Positions 9,481-17,111 of a stretch of DNA of 47,377 bases are shown piece after piece. The translations under genes and the position numbers were made by a program. The DNA comes from a virus: the UHGV virus genome UHGV-0210496. The stretch is one strand, 5' to 3'. The notes beneath the pieces were generated by a model. The model was not told where the DNA came from. It searched no databases and saw only the letters and a list, made by a program, of their open reading frames with translations. The stretch's first letter is position 1. Each line of letters starts with the position of its first letter.

Positions 9481-9794
9481 ACTATTAATTCTCCTTTCCT
9501 TTATAATTTGTAAGCTAATTAAATTCGCTAATTATTGTTGACAAATATTAAAACTAGTTTTAATATAGAAACATAGTTAAATAAGCACAGAATTATCCCT
9601 TTTAAATCAACATTCTTAGTTTGGCGACGTCGAATTGTTTATTTTTAGTTGGGTGTCTTTCTTATTGCTTGTTAGCTTATTAAATTAGCTTACGAACACA
9701 GTATATTAAATCTAGATTTAATTGTCAACAGTTTTTCATCTATTTTTACATCTAGTTTTAACTGGGGTCGTAGCGATTCTGGAGGATCATTAAT
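9481..9794. promoter_or_regulatory. Genetic switch region with two inverted operator-like sites and candidate face-to-face promoters
   Basis: Site 1 at 9510-9533 reads TAAGCTAA-TTAAA-TTCGCTAA. Site 2 at 9671-9693 reads TTAGCTTA-TTAAA-TTAGCTTA, the reverse-complement orientation. One candidate promoter is plus-strand TTGACA(9539-9544)-17-TAATAT(9562-9567). The other is minus-strand TTGACA (complement of 9723-9728)-17-TATACT (complement of 9700-9705). Confidence 0.5.
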
Positions 9795-10145
9795 ATGACA
9801 GCATTTGATAGGTTAAAATTGCTTTGTGCGAAACAAGGGATTTCTGTAAATGATTTAGAGGAAAAGATCGGAATTGGTAAAAACTCATTGTATTCTTGGA
9901 AAAAGAACATACCCAAGGGCACAAATTTATTAAAAGTTGCTGATTATTTCAATGTATCCACCGATTACTTATTAGGAAGAACTGATAACCCAACAGCAAG
10001 TCTATCTGGTAAACCTCAATTTACAGTAGAAGAAGCACTTGAATCTGTCATGAGTAGTGATGGTAAGCCTTTAACTGAACATGACCGTAAAGTTTTAACT
10101 GGTATTATTGAAGCGTATCTTGAGAATAATTCTGATGCTGAGTAG
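9795..10145 (+). CDS. cI-like XRE-family repressor
   Basis: N-terminal HTH (LKLLCAKQGISVNDLEEKIGIGKNSLYSWKK). GGAGG lies 9 nt upstream. An ImmA gene follows immediately. Confidence 0.8.
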   Translation: MTAFDRLKLLCAKQGISVNDLEEKIGIGKNSLYSWKKNIPKGTNLLKVADYFNVSTDYLLGRTDNPTASLSGKPQFTVEEALESVMSSDGKPLTEHDRKVLTGIIEAYLENNSDAE

Positions 10146-10586
10146 GTGGTTTGTTTGGATTTGGATAATGAAGTAAATCAGATTATAGACGAGCTTGGCG
10201 TCACTATTATGGAAACGCCAAGACTCGATTCTGATGCAAAGTATATTGCTATTATGAACACAATTGTGTTGGATGCTCGCCTGTCTGATCGTGTCAAGCT
10301 GTTAAGACTTCTTCACGAATTAGGACATGCAGCTAAACATAAAAATAATTATGTACTTTATAAACGGACTTTTGCTCTTCATTCTAAAATGGAAAACGAA
10401 GCAGAAGAATTTATGATTGAAAAAATGCTTGAAGTAACATTAGGCAATCCGGAATTTGATCCTGGTTCTTTTAATTATGTAAATTTTTTAGAGAGCTACG
10501 AAATCGAATTGAGATATGAACCATTTGTCAAACAATTCATGACAAAGTACCTCGTCAGACCTAATTCTGACCATATATTTTTTTAA
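10146..10586 (+). CDS. ImmA/IrrE-family zinc metallopeptidase
   Basis: HEXXH motif LLHELGHAAKH. GTG start abuts the cI stop. A ~441-bp gene. Confidence 0.8.
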   Translation: MVCLDLDNEVNQIIDELGVTIMETPRLDSDAKYIAIMNTIVLDARLSDRVKLLRLLHELGHAAKHKNNYVLYKRTFALHSKMENEAEEFMIEKMLEVTLGNPEFDPGSFNYVNFLESYEIELRYEPFVKQFMTKYLVRPNSDHIFF

Positions 10587-10623
10587 CACAAAAGCGAACA
10601 TACATTCGTTTTTTTCGAGAGGA

Positions 10624-10842
10624 GTGACTATTTTGACTGATAAAGAAAAAGAGATTACTGTTGCTGAGTTAATAAATATTTTGAAAGATGCAAACCCAAA
10701 TTCAAAAGTTCTATTCTATGGAACCATCATAAGCAAAAATAGCTTTGTAAGTGTAAAAGCCCCAGTCATTAGCGCGTATATATCAGATGAAAAATATAAC
10801 AATGTGCAAGGAGTGGTAAAGCTCTCAGGAGTACAAGAATAA
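10624..10842 (+). CDS. Hypothetical small protein (about 70 aa)
   Basis: Sits between ImmA and int. Likely start is the in-frame TTG at 10633 after GAGAGGAG. Confidence 0.4.
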   Translation: MTILTDKEKEITVAELINILKDANPNSKVLFYGTIISKNSFVSVKAPVISAYISDEKYNNVQGVVKLSGVQE

Positions 10843-10873
10843 TTATATTATGAATTAGATTGGAGATAAGTAT

Positions 10874-11269
10874 ATGGAAAATATAGAAGTAACAATCCCT
10901 CAAACTTGGAAAGGATTACCGATCAAACTGTCTAAAATTGTAACCACCAAAGATAATCAATTTCTGAACAACGGTGATATCGCAGCTTTTATTCAAATTT
11001 TCGGCGATCCTTCTGACTATATAAAGTCTGGAGATTTATTATGTTTAGAAGCTAATACAAGCGGCTACGATGGACACATTTTTAAGTATGAACCAGTTGT
11101 TGAAATTACAGGCATTAAGCATGTTTTTTCACCTATTTCTCAGTTTATGGAAAGAAAAGAAATCATAGTTGATGATTTATCAAAGGTATCAATTAAGGGA
11201 AAAATTTTGTGTTCATTCAGGGGACTGTCCGAGGGTATTTCATTTTTAACTATGGCACAGGAGGAATAA
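10874..11269 (+). CDS. Hypothetical protein (131 aa) in the lysogeny module
   Basis: ORF immediately upstream of int. Its stop sits 1 nt before the int ATG. Confidence 0.5.
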   Translation: MENIEVTIPQTWKGLPIKLSKIVTTKDNQFLNNGDIAAFIQIFGDPSDYIKSGDLLCLEANTSGYDGHIFKYEPVVEITGIKHVFSPISQFMERKEIIVDDLSKVSIKGKILCSFRGLSEGISFLTMAQEE

Positions 11270-11270
11270 T

Positions 11271-12410
11271 ATGATTAAAGAATATGAAAAAAAAGACGGT
11301 AAAAAATATTGGATGTTTAAAGCTTACTTAGGTGTTGATCCAGCAAGCGGAAAGAAGATTTATACAACAAGGCGTGGTTTTAAAACACAAAAAGAAGCTA
11401 GGATTGCAAAGTCTAGACTTGAATTGCAGGCACAAGATAACAAATATACACCAGAAAAAAATTATACTTTTATAGAGATCCAAAATATGTGGTTTGAAGA
11501 ATATAAAACTACTGTCAGAGAGAGTACCCTATCAAGAGTATCTTTTCTTTTCACTAAAAATATATTTCCTTATTTTGGAAAAAGAAAGATATCCTCATTT
11601 ACTGTCGCATATTGTCAAAAAATCGTTAATAAGTGGAAAGATGAATATTCAACCTATAAAGCATTAAAAACATACACTACTGCGGTTTTTGATTATGCAG
11701 TTCGAATTAATGTTATAAATTCAAATCCCATGAAAGATGTGTACATTTCAAAAGGAAAATATCGAAAAAAAGACGAACGTATTAAGTTTTATGAATCAGA
11801 TGAACTCAAGCAATTTTTGGAAGCTGCTAAACAAGATAAGTTCCCTCTATCCTACCCCTTATTTAGACTTCTGGCTTTTACTGGAATGAGAAAAGGTGAA
11901 GCTTTAGCACTGACTTGGGAGGATATTGATTTTAACAATAAGATGCTAACAATCAACAAAACCATAGCTAGAAACACAAAAAATGAAATCGTGATTAATC
12001 ATCCCAAAACAGAAGCATCGATTAGAGAAATTTCTTTGGATGATACTACAATTGATATCTTAAAAAAATGGCGACAAGATCAAAGAAAGTATTTATTATC
12101 ATTTGGTCACAACTCTCTTAGACCTAATCAGATCATCTTTGCGTCAAAGAACAACAATTATCTGGATCCTCTTAGACCAAATAATATTCAAAAAAGGTTA
12201 TGTAAAGAAAATCAATTAAAGGACATCACCATTCATGGCTTTCGACACACACACTGTAGTTTACTATTTGAAGCTGGATTATCCATACAAGACGTGAAAA
12301 CTAGACTCGGACATTCAGATATACAGACAACCATGAATATATATGCTCATGTAACAAAGAAGCAAAAAGATATCTCAGCAGAAAAGTTTGCTAGATACCT
12401 TAATTTCTAA
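11271..12410 (+). CDS. int: Tyrosine site-specific integrase
   Basis: C-terminal catalytic region ...HGFRHTHCSLLFEAGLSIQDVKTRLGHSDIQTTMNIYAHV... with the R..HxxR..Y pattern. N-terminal SAM-like arm-binding domain. Confidence 0.9.
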   Translation: MIKEYEKKDGKKYWMFKAYLGVDPASGKKIYTTRRGFKTQKEARIAKSRLELQAQDNKYTPEKNYTFIEIQNMWFEEYKTTVRESTLSRVSFLFTKNIFPYFGKRKISSFTVAYCQKIVNKWKDEYSTYKALKTYTTAVFDYAVRINVINSNPMKDVYISKGKYRKKDERIKFYESDELKQFLEAAKQDKFPLSYPLFRLLAFTGMRKGEALALTWEDIDFNNKMLTINKTIARNTKNEIVINHPKTEASIREISLDDTTIDILKKWRQDQRKYLLSFGHNSLRPNQIIFASKNNNYLDPLRPNNIQKRLCKENQLKDITIHGFRHTHCSLLFEAGLSIQDVKTRLGHSDIQTTMNIYAHVTKKQKDISAEKFARYLNF

Positions 12411-12634
12411 AAGTATGGTCAAAAGTATGGTCAATAAAATAAAAAAAGCGCTGAACCCTTTGATAACAAAGGATACAGCACTCGTAAAATTATTTAACTG
12501 TTACCATTATAGACCTCTCTGACCTTCTTCCGTAAAACTTCTCTTCCTATATAATAGCGATCTATATGAATACAATCATCTCAATAAGCGTCAATAATCT
12601 TCTTGTTGTATGGTCAAAGTATGGTCATTTTAAA
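12411..12634. repeat. attP-like region: four direct copies of GTATGGTCA (two tandem pairs) flanking about 170 bp
   Basis: AAGTATGGTCAA x2 at 12411-12434, and GTATGGTCAAAGTATGGTCA at 12609-12627. All four are in the same orientation. They sit immediately 3' of int. Confidence 0.45.
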
Positions 12635-12659
12635 AATGACTTTTATGTTTCGGTTTTTC

Positions 12660-12700
12660 TGGTACAATGAATATATAATTTTACCGAGAGAGGGTTTGAA
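12660..12700 (+). promoter_or_regulatory. Extended -10 promoter (TGgTACAAT) and RBS for the lipoprotein gene
   Basis: TGgTACAAT at 12660-12668. GAGAGAGGG lies before the ATG at 12701. Confidence 0.4.
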
Positions 12701-13264
12701 ATGAAAAAAATAGTTTTGTTGGGATTAGGGATAGTTTTTCTTTCTGGTTGTACATCTAATAATAATGAGACGAGCAATTCTTCTTCACAAGAAAAAGATA
12801 GTGTTAGCACTCCTCACTCAGTTGCTACTACTGTTTCTGAATCATCTTCGGAATCTGAGGCTGCAGGAGTTACTTTTGAAAACACTACTCTTACAACTCC
12901 TGAAGGTATATTTACTTTGACTGGATCTAAAAGTAATGAGAGTGAAGATGGAGACAAGTCTATTTTTGTTACTTTTGATTACAAGAATACGACTGAAGAG
13001 AATCAAAATTTGGAGTTTCTTATTTGGGATTACTTCGATGCTAAACAAATTTTTCCTGATACAACAGAATCTCTTAATTATTTAATGTACATGGATGACT
13101 TTGCATATTATGATTTATACGAGAAAACTCAAGTTGAAATTAATCCTGGCGCAACCGTTCAAGCCGGTTATGGATTTCTACTAAAAGATGCTGACTATCC
13201 TTTAATCATTGATTTTATGGAAGATCCTTCAACCCCTATAGGAAGAATAGAATACGATTATTAA
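12701..13264 (+). CDS. Secreted lipoprotein (DUF4352-like) - candidate superinfection-exclusion/surface protein
   Basis: Signal peptide MKKIVLLGLGIVFLSGC with lipobox LSGC. A Ser/Thr-rich linker precedes a beta-rich domain. Confidence 0.7.
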   Translation: MKKIVLLGLGIVFLSGCTSNNNETSNSSSQEKDSVSTPHSVATTVSESSSESEAAGVTFENTTLTTPEGIFTLTGSKSNESEDGDKSIFVTFDYKNTTEENQNLEFLIWDYFDAKQIFPDTTESLNYLMYMDDFAYYDLYEKTQVEINPGATVQAGYGFLLKDADYPLIIDFMEDPSTPIGRIEYDY

Positions 13265-13270
13265 AATTTC

Positions 13271-13305
13271 AAAGCTCCTACCTTATTTGGTAGAGAGCTT
13301 TTTTT
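13271..13305 (+). terminator. Rho-independent terminator after the lipoprotein gene
   Basis: AAAGCTCCTACC-TTATTT-GGTAGAGAGCTTTTTTT, a stem of about 9 bp with one bulge and a T7 tail. Confidence 0.55.
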
Positions 13306-13318
13306 ATTTTCTGTTCGC

Positions 13319-13347
13319 TTTACAAAACGAACGTTCGTTCGTATAAT
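13319..13347 (+). promoter_or_regulatory. Sigma70-type promoter TTTACA-17-TATAAT whose spacer is a perfect 14-bp palindrome AACGAACGTTCGTT
   Basis: -35 at 13319-13324, palindrome at 13326-13339, -10 at 13342-13347. AAGGAGTG precedes the ATG at 13367. Confidence 0.5.
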
Positions 13348-13366
13348 TCTTGCAAGGAGTGATTGA

Positions 13367-13658
13367 TATGCAAATACCGTTAGCACATCAAAGAACCTAT
13401 GCTTTTGAACGTTACTACTACGAGTTTATCGAAAGAATGGGGCCAGCTCATCTATTATACGATCAATTCGCTAAAACAATGGATAATTTCGGGAAACCCT
13501 ACTTTACGGTACCCTGCAGCTACAGCGGATATCCGGAAGAGCTAGCGTTTGTATTCAAGGTAGAGGGCGAAGATTATTTATTTGATCATGTCAGAACACA
13601 AGATAAAATACTTAGGAAGTACGATCCTAATGAAAAATATAGACCCGGCGGTAACTAA
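13367..13658 (+). CDS. Hypothetical protein (about 97 aa)
   Basis: ATG at 13367 with AAGGAGTG 6 nt upstream. The track ORF 13350..13658 starts slightly earlier. Confidence 0.5.
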
Positions 13659-13659
13659 C

Positions 13660-13926
13660 ATGAATTTAATAGCCATGTATGAACAAGGCTACCTATCTCT
13701 TTATGAGTTTATAAACGCATTTCCCGACTCGATTTCCGAATCACAAGAATACTTATTCGGCTCAAAATGTGTCGAGTTTTATGTTGCTGCCGCATTAGGT
13801 AACACGGACTGTCGCTATTATGTACAAGCTTATGGAGGCGATCAATATGAAAAGGATGAAAGGTGTAGTTTCGAAGATACGTGTGTTGAAGATGAGCAAG
13901 ACCCCTTTGGTGCGGTTTTCGCTTAA
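13660..13926 (+). CDS. Hypothetical protein (about 88 aa)
   Basis: ATG at 13660 directly after the upstream stop (TAACATG). The longer track ORF 13582..13926 overlaps the upstream gene by 77 nt. Confidence 0.35.
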   Translation: MNLIAMYEQGYLSLYEFINAFPDSISESQEYLFGSKCVEFYVAAALGNTDCRYYVQAYGGDQYEKDERCSFEDTCVEDEQDPFGAVFA

Positions 13927-14131
13927 CGAAGTTAACTGCTTGACTGCTGCACACAGTTTGAACTTCTTAGCTGATGTAGACGAAGGAATGCAGATCGTGG
14001 TTGCCGGTGAGTATAATGAACGGAAGCAGTTTGTTGTTAAGAAGTATTCGGTGATTGGAAAAACGAAAATTATGATTGAATTCGAAGCAATGAAAAAGCC
14101 TTCTACTCAAATGAGTAAAGGGCTTTTTTGA
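13847..14131 (+). CDS. Hypothetical protein (about 94 aa)
   Basis: ATG at 13847 with GGAGG 8 nt upstream. It overlaps the previous ORF by about 80 nt in another frame, so one of the two may be spurious. Confidence 0.4.
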   Translation: MKRMKGVVSKIRVLKMSKTPLVRFSLNEVNCLTAAHSLNFLADVDEGMQIVVAGEYNERKQFVVKKYSVIGKTKIMIEFEAMKKPSTQMSKGLF

Positions 14132-14201
14132 CCTTTTAGGATCGAATCTATGATTAGACGGTTATTAGCTTTCTGCTCTGAGCAATTAATCTAAAGATAC
14201 A

Positions 14202-14233
14202 ACCCTACCCACTCTCTGAGTGGGTAGGGTTGA
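14202..14233. terminator. Perfect 13-14 bp inverted repeat between convergent genes (bidirectional terminator candidate)
   Basis: ACAACCCTACCCACTC-TCTG-AGTGGGTAGGGTTG followed by AAAAAAG on the plus strand. The minus-strand reading gives stem + UAUCUUU. Confidence 0.5.
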
Positions 14234-14288
14234 AAAAAGTATGCTCATAGTTTATCACTGAATTAAAATTACAAGTAATCTGAAAAAT

Positions 14289-15749
14289 TTAACTATCTGG
14301 TGTAAAAAAAGTTAGTACAAAAAAATCAAAGAAACCTATTTTTTGTAAAAAAAGTATAACAAAAAAAGCATAACAGCAACCAGAAATTATATTAACATAT
14401 TTTAATTTTTTTATCTCAGGATTTGATATTTTTTTCTCTAAATCACTTATTATATTATCTTCTGTTAAATAAAGTTTGGGATAATAAGTATTCATAATTT
14501 CGACTCTGTTCACATACGTTTGATAGCTTTTAAATTCTCCACTAACAAAATACATAACTAAAAGATATACAGAAAACATTAAAGCTACAAAATATGAAAA
14601 ATTTGAAAAAGATTCATCATTTCGGGAAATAGCCTCGAAAATAAACTTACTCAAAAATATACCAATTACTGAGACTATATTGTTCATTAGGCTTTTCTTT
14701 GTTTCAGATATTTGATTGCTGATTTCCTTTGACATACTAAATTGTTCTTTGATTATCTCTTTCTTTTCTGCAATAAACTTGGTTACTTTTTCATCTACAT
14801 ATAGATCATATTCGCTAATACTTATTTTTAGTAATTTCTCCCAAAAACGTTCATCATAATTGCAATTATTAAATTCCTCTTCCTCAATGCAATCATATAT
14901 TTTGTTTCTTACAATTCTTAGCTTCTCTCTATAACTTGAAGATTCACTAAAAATAAACATATTAATACGTGATATGAACTCATAGCAACTTCCAAGATTA
15001 CCTGTGAGGCTGTTTATGTTTAATTCCTTCACAGCTTGTTTTATTATTAGGAATGAAGTCTGATTTCTGTTATCAAAAATATTTGTCAATGCATTTATCA
15101 TGCACTTTCTCAAAATTTCAGACGTAATTGAACCACTCATACTAACTATAGAAGGTATATAAGATATACTTTTATGATACGCTCTTTGTGTTTGTATAAA
15201 ATTAATATATTCATTATCGATCTTATTATTTTCACTACTAAAACTAAAAATTGAGGAATTAATATTTTGCTTTATAGGACCAACAATTCTAATTTTGTTC
15301 TCTAAGTATTGTAAGTCTGAAATATCTATATAATCAGTTAATTGAATGATTAGCTCAACAAAATTATTCTCCAAACAATACTCAATAACCGGTTTACCTT
15401 CTAAGGGTAAATCAAGATTTTGTATTTTTCTTATTTTTAATCTAACTTCTTCATCATACTCATAGTCTTTTTTTATCTCTGTAATTCTTTCATTTAAATG
15501 TTTATAATCAACAATTTTGGAAGCATCATCTGTTTCAATCAAAAATAGCTGTATACAATCCGATTCATCTAAAAAAGGCTTTGACAAACTGGAAAAAATT
15601 TCTAAATCATCAACTTTAATTGATGCATCCAAAATTTCATCTATTTGAATACGATTGAATGATGACTTAGCAACATTTATTCTTGGTTGAGTATAAGTGA
15701 TGTTTATTTTTTCTAATAAAGAATTAAAAATATTCGCCTCATCATACAT
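14289..15749 (-). CDS. Gene B of an AT-rich two-gene operon: 486-aa protein with a ~340-aa cytoplasmic domain and C-terminal 3-4 TM helices (candidate membrane effector)
   Basis: GGAGA RBS 8 nt before the ATG at 15749, 24 nt after the gene A stop. Hydrophobic helices NNIVSVIGIFLSKFIF, FSYFVALMFSVYLLVMYFVSG and YVNIISGCCYAFFVILFLQKIGFFDFFVLTFF. By eye GC is about 27%, against about 40% for the phage genes. Confidence 0.7.
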   Translation of the reverse strand: MYDEANIFNSLLEKINITYTQPRINVAKSSFNRIQIDEILDASIKVDDLEIFSSLSKPFLDESDCIQLFLIETDDASKIVDYKHLNERITEIKKDYEYDEEVRLKIRKIQNLDLPLEGKPVIEYCLENNFVELIIQLTDYIDISDLQYLENKIRIVGPIKQNINSSIFSFSSENNKIDNEYINFIQTQRAYHKSISYIPSIVSMSGSITSEILRKCMINALTNIFDNRNQTSFLIIKQAVKELNINSLTGNLGSCYEFISRINMFIFSESSSYREKLRIVRNKIYDCIEEEEFNNCNYDERFWEKLLKISISEYDLYVDEKVTKFIAEKKEIIKEQFSMSKEISNQISETKKSLMNNIVSVIGIFLSKFIFEAISRNDESFSNFSYFVALMFSVYLLVMYFVSGEFKSYQTYVNRVEIMNTYYPKLYLTEDNIISDLEKKISNPEIKKLKYVNIISGCCYAFFVILFLQKIGFFDFFVLTFFTPDS

Positions 15750-15773
15750 TCAATTCATCTCCAAGTAATGATT

Positions 15774-16811
15774 TTATCCATGGTTAACCATAGCTTTAGG
15801 AATATCTAATCTAACATAACGATTATCGGTAAGTTCATCAATCTTCACTGTATTGTCATCAACTAACCCTTGCTCAATACTAACCCAAATACTTCTATTT
15901 TCACTGCTTAATCGATATTTCTCACCATTTGTAGGCTGAGATGTAAACGTAGCAGCAGCACTAGGGTTACTTTGTAATATCAAGTTAAAAGTTTCTTTTG
16001 CTAGCGTATCTTCATCCATAGAAGCTTTTTCTAACAAATCATTATTCAATAAAGGATAAATTTCAGTAACAATAGCATTAATAGAAGTTCTTTTTCTCTG
16101 AGACATTATGATATTTAATTGTTTATCAACCGCTTCTAATTCTACTTGATTTTCAACAAAGTCCTTTGCCTTTCTTCTGATAAACCTGTGAGCTAACCGT
16201 GACATAACTTGATCGTCTGCCACTAAAACGCTATTCATAAGGTTGATGAAATAGGTGGATATAGTTTTGTCTTGTTTATCTAAAATCCTTAAATGGAAAT
16301 TATTACCTACAGAATTATCTTCAAAACTATCAATCTTTGATTTATATATAAAAGCACATTTTTGTAAACTATTGCCTAAATCCGGTAACATATTGGGCTG
16401 AATTTTAAACACATTGCCATTCATTTGTATACCTTCATTCAGTTCCATTTTCATTATCGCAAGAAGTTCATCATTCCCAATAAATTCGTCATCAGTAAAT
16501 TTATAAGTAAATACTATAAGAAGAAATGATTTTTTTACAGAGTAATGCATATTCATTTTTAAATGGTCTGCAATTTTCAAAGCAGCTTGTTCGAAATCAT
16601 CTTCTATAAAGCACTTACTACAAGGAATAAAAATATCGCTATTATCTGATCTAAATCTTGCCGCTTTCGAATTCACATCTTTCGTTGATTTTATAATGTG
16701 TTTCTTAAAAAAAACATCAATTTTCGATTCAAATCCCCGCATCACTTCACTCTCACGTGAAATAACTTCCAATTCAGGATCTATTTCAAAAACCTTCAAA
16801 TAATTAATCAT
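15774..16811 (-). CDS. Gene A of the AT-rich operon: 345-aa cytoplasmic protein; tentative NdpA/YejK (NA37) nucleoid-associated-protein-like fold
   Basis: GGAGG RBS 8 nt before the ATG at 16811. The segment KKSFLLIVFTYKF..DEFIGNDELLAIMKME..KIQPNMLPDL recalls the YejK core (GG.VLFCHYRY..EYLLVAVL..INPTHYLDI). NNFHLRILDKQDKTISTYFINLMNS recalls [24 protein letters not shown]. The similarity is from memory, not a search. Confidence 0.65.
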   Translation of the reverse strand: MINYLKVFEIDPELEVISRESEVMRGFESKIDVFFKKHIIKSTKDVNSKAARFRSDNSDIFIPCSKCFIEDDFEQAALKIADHLKMNMHYSVKKSFLLIVFTYKFTDDEFIGNDELLAIMKMELNEGIQMNGNVFKIQPNMLPDLGNSLQKCAFIYKSKIDSFEDNSVGNNFHLRILDKQDKTISTYFINLMNSVLVADDQVMSRLAHRFIRRKAKDFVENQVELEAVDKQLNIIMSQRKRTSINAIVTEIYPLLNNDLLEKASMDEDTLAKETFNLILQSNPSAAATFTSQPTNGEKYRLSSENRSIWVSIEQGLVDDNTVKIDELTDNRYVRLDIPKAMVNHG

Positions 16812-16949
16812 TTAAACAATACCTCCGATTTATCTGCTAACTAAATTAAACCAAAAGGAAGCCCGAAAAACAAGCGTTTTCCAAGACTTCCTATAGCAGA
16901 TATAATCGTATGAGGATTATATGGAAATTATACCAAACATAAGTTCTTA

Positions 16950-16985
16950 TTTCAACGACAAACAACCACTCCCGGAAAGGAGTGG
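16950..16985 (-). terminator. Terminator downstream of the tRNA
   Basis: Hairpin CCACTCC-CGGAAA-GGAGTGG at 16966-16985. On the minus strand it is followed by UUGUUUGUCGUUG. Confidence 0.4.
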
Positions 16986-17037
16986 CACAATTAGATGAAA
17001 AGATTTTTGTAAGGTAACTTATGATCCTAAAAAACAA

Positions 17038-17111
17038 AGTACCTTGTAGGACTTGAACCTACGACCGGACGGTTATGAGCCGTCTGCTCTAACCATCTGA
17101 GCTAAAGGTAC
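17038..17111 (-). tRNA. tRNA with CAU anticodon (Met by anticodon; acceptor and anticodon-stem features suggest lysidine tRNA-Ile2)
   Basis: Manual cloverleaf. Acceptor GTACCTT/AAGGTAC, D-arm GCTC-AGATGGTTA-GAGC, anticodon arm GACGG-CTCATAA-CCGTC (CAT), variable loop CGGTC, T-arm GTAGG-TTCAAGT-CCTAC. G1:C72, so not an initiator. C4:G69, C5:G68 and C29:G41 resemble TilS determinants. Confidence 0.8.

Noticed and set aside
10587-10616. Possible weak terminator GCGAACATACATTCGTTTTTTT after ImmA
   Set aside because: The stem is only about 4-5 bp, and the downstream genes up to int appear co-transcribed. Support is insufficient.
12411-12634. GTATGGTCA repeats as a CRISPR-like or iteron array
   Set aside because: There are only four short copies in two pairs, with no regular spacer structure. 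Their position next to int favours arm-type att sites.
17038-17111. tRNA as the integration target (attB/attR) of this phage
   Set aside because: The integrase-proximal repeat set lies 4.6 kb away, directly after int. No copy of the tRNA 3' end is visible elsewhere in the window. It is more likely a phage- or cargo-borne tRNA.
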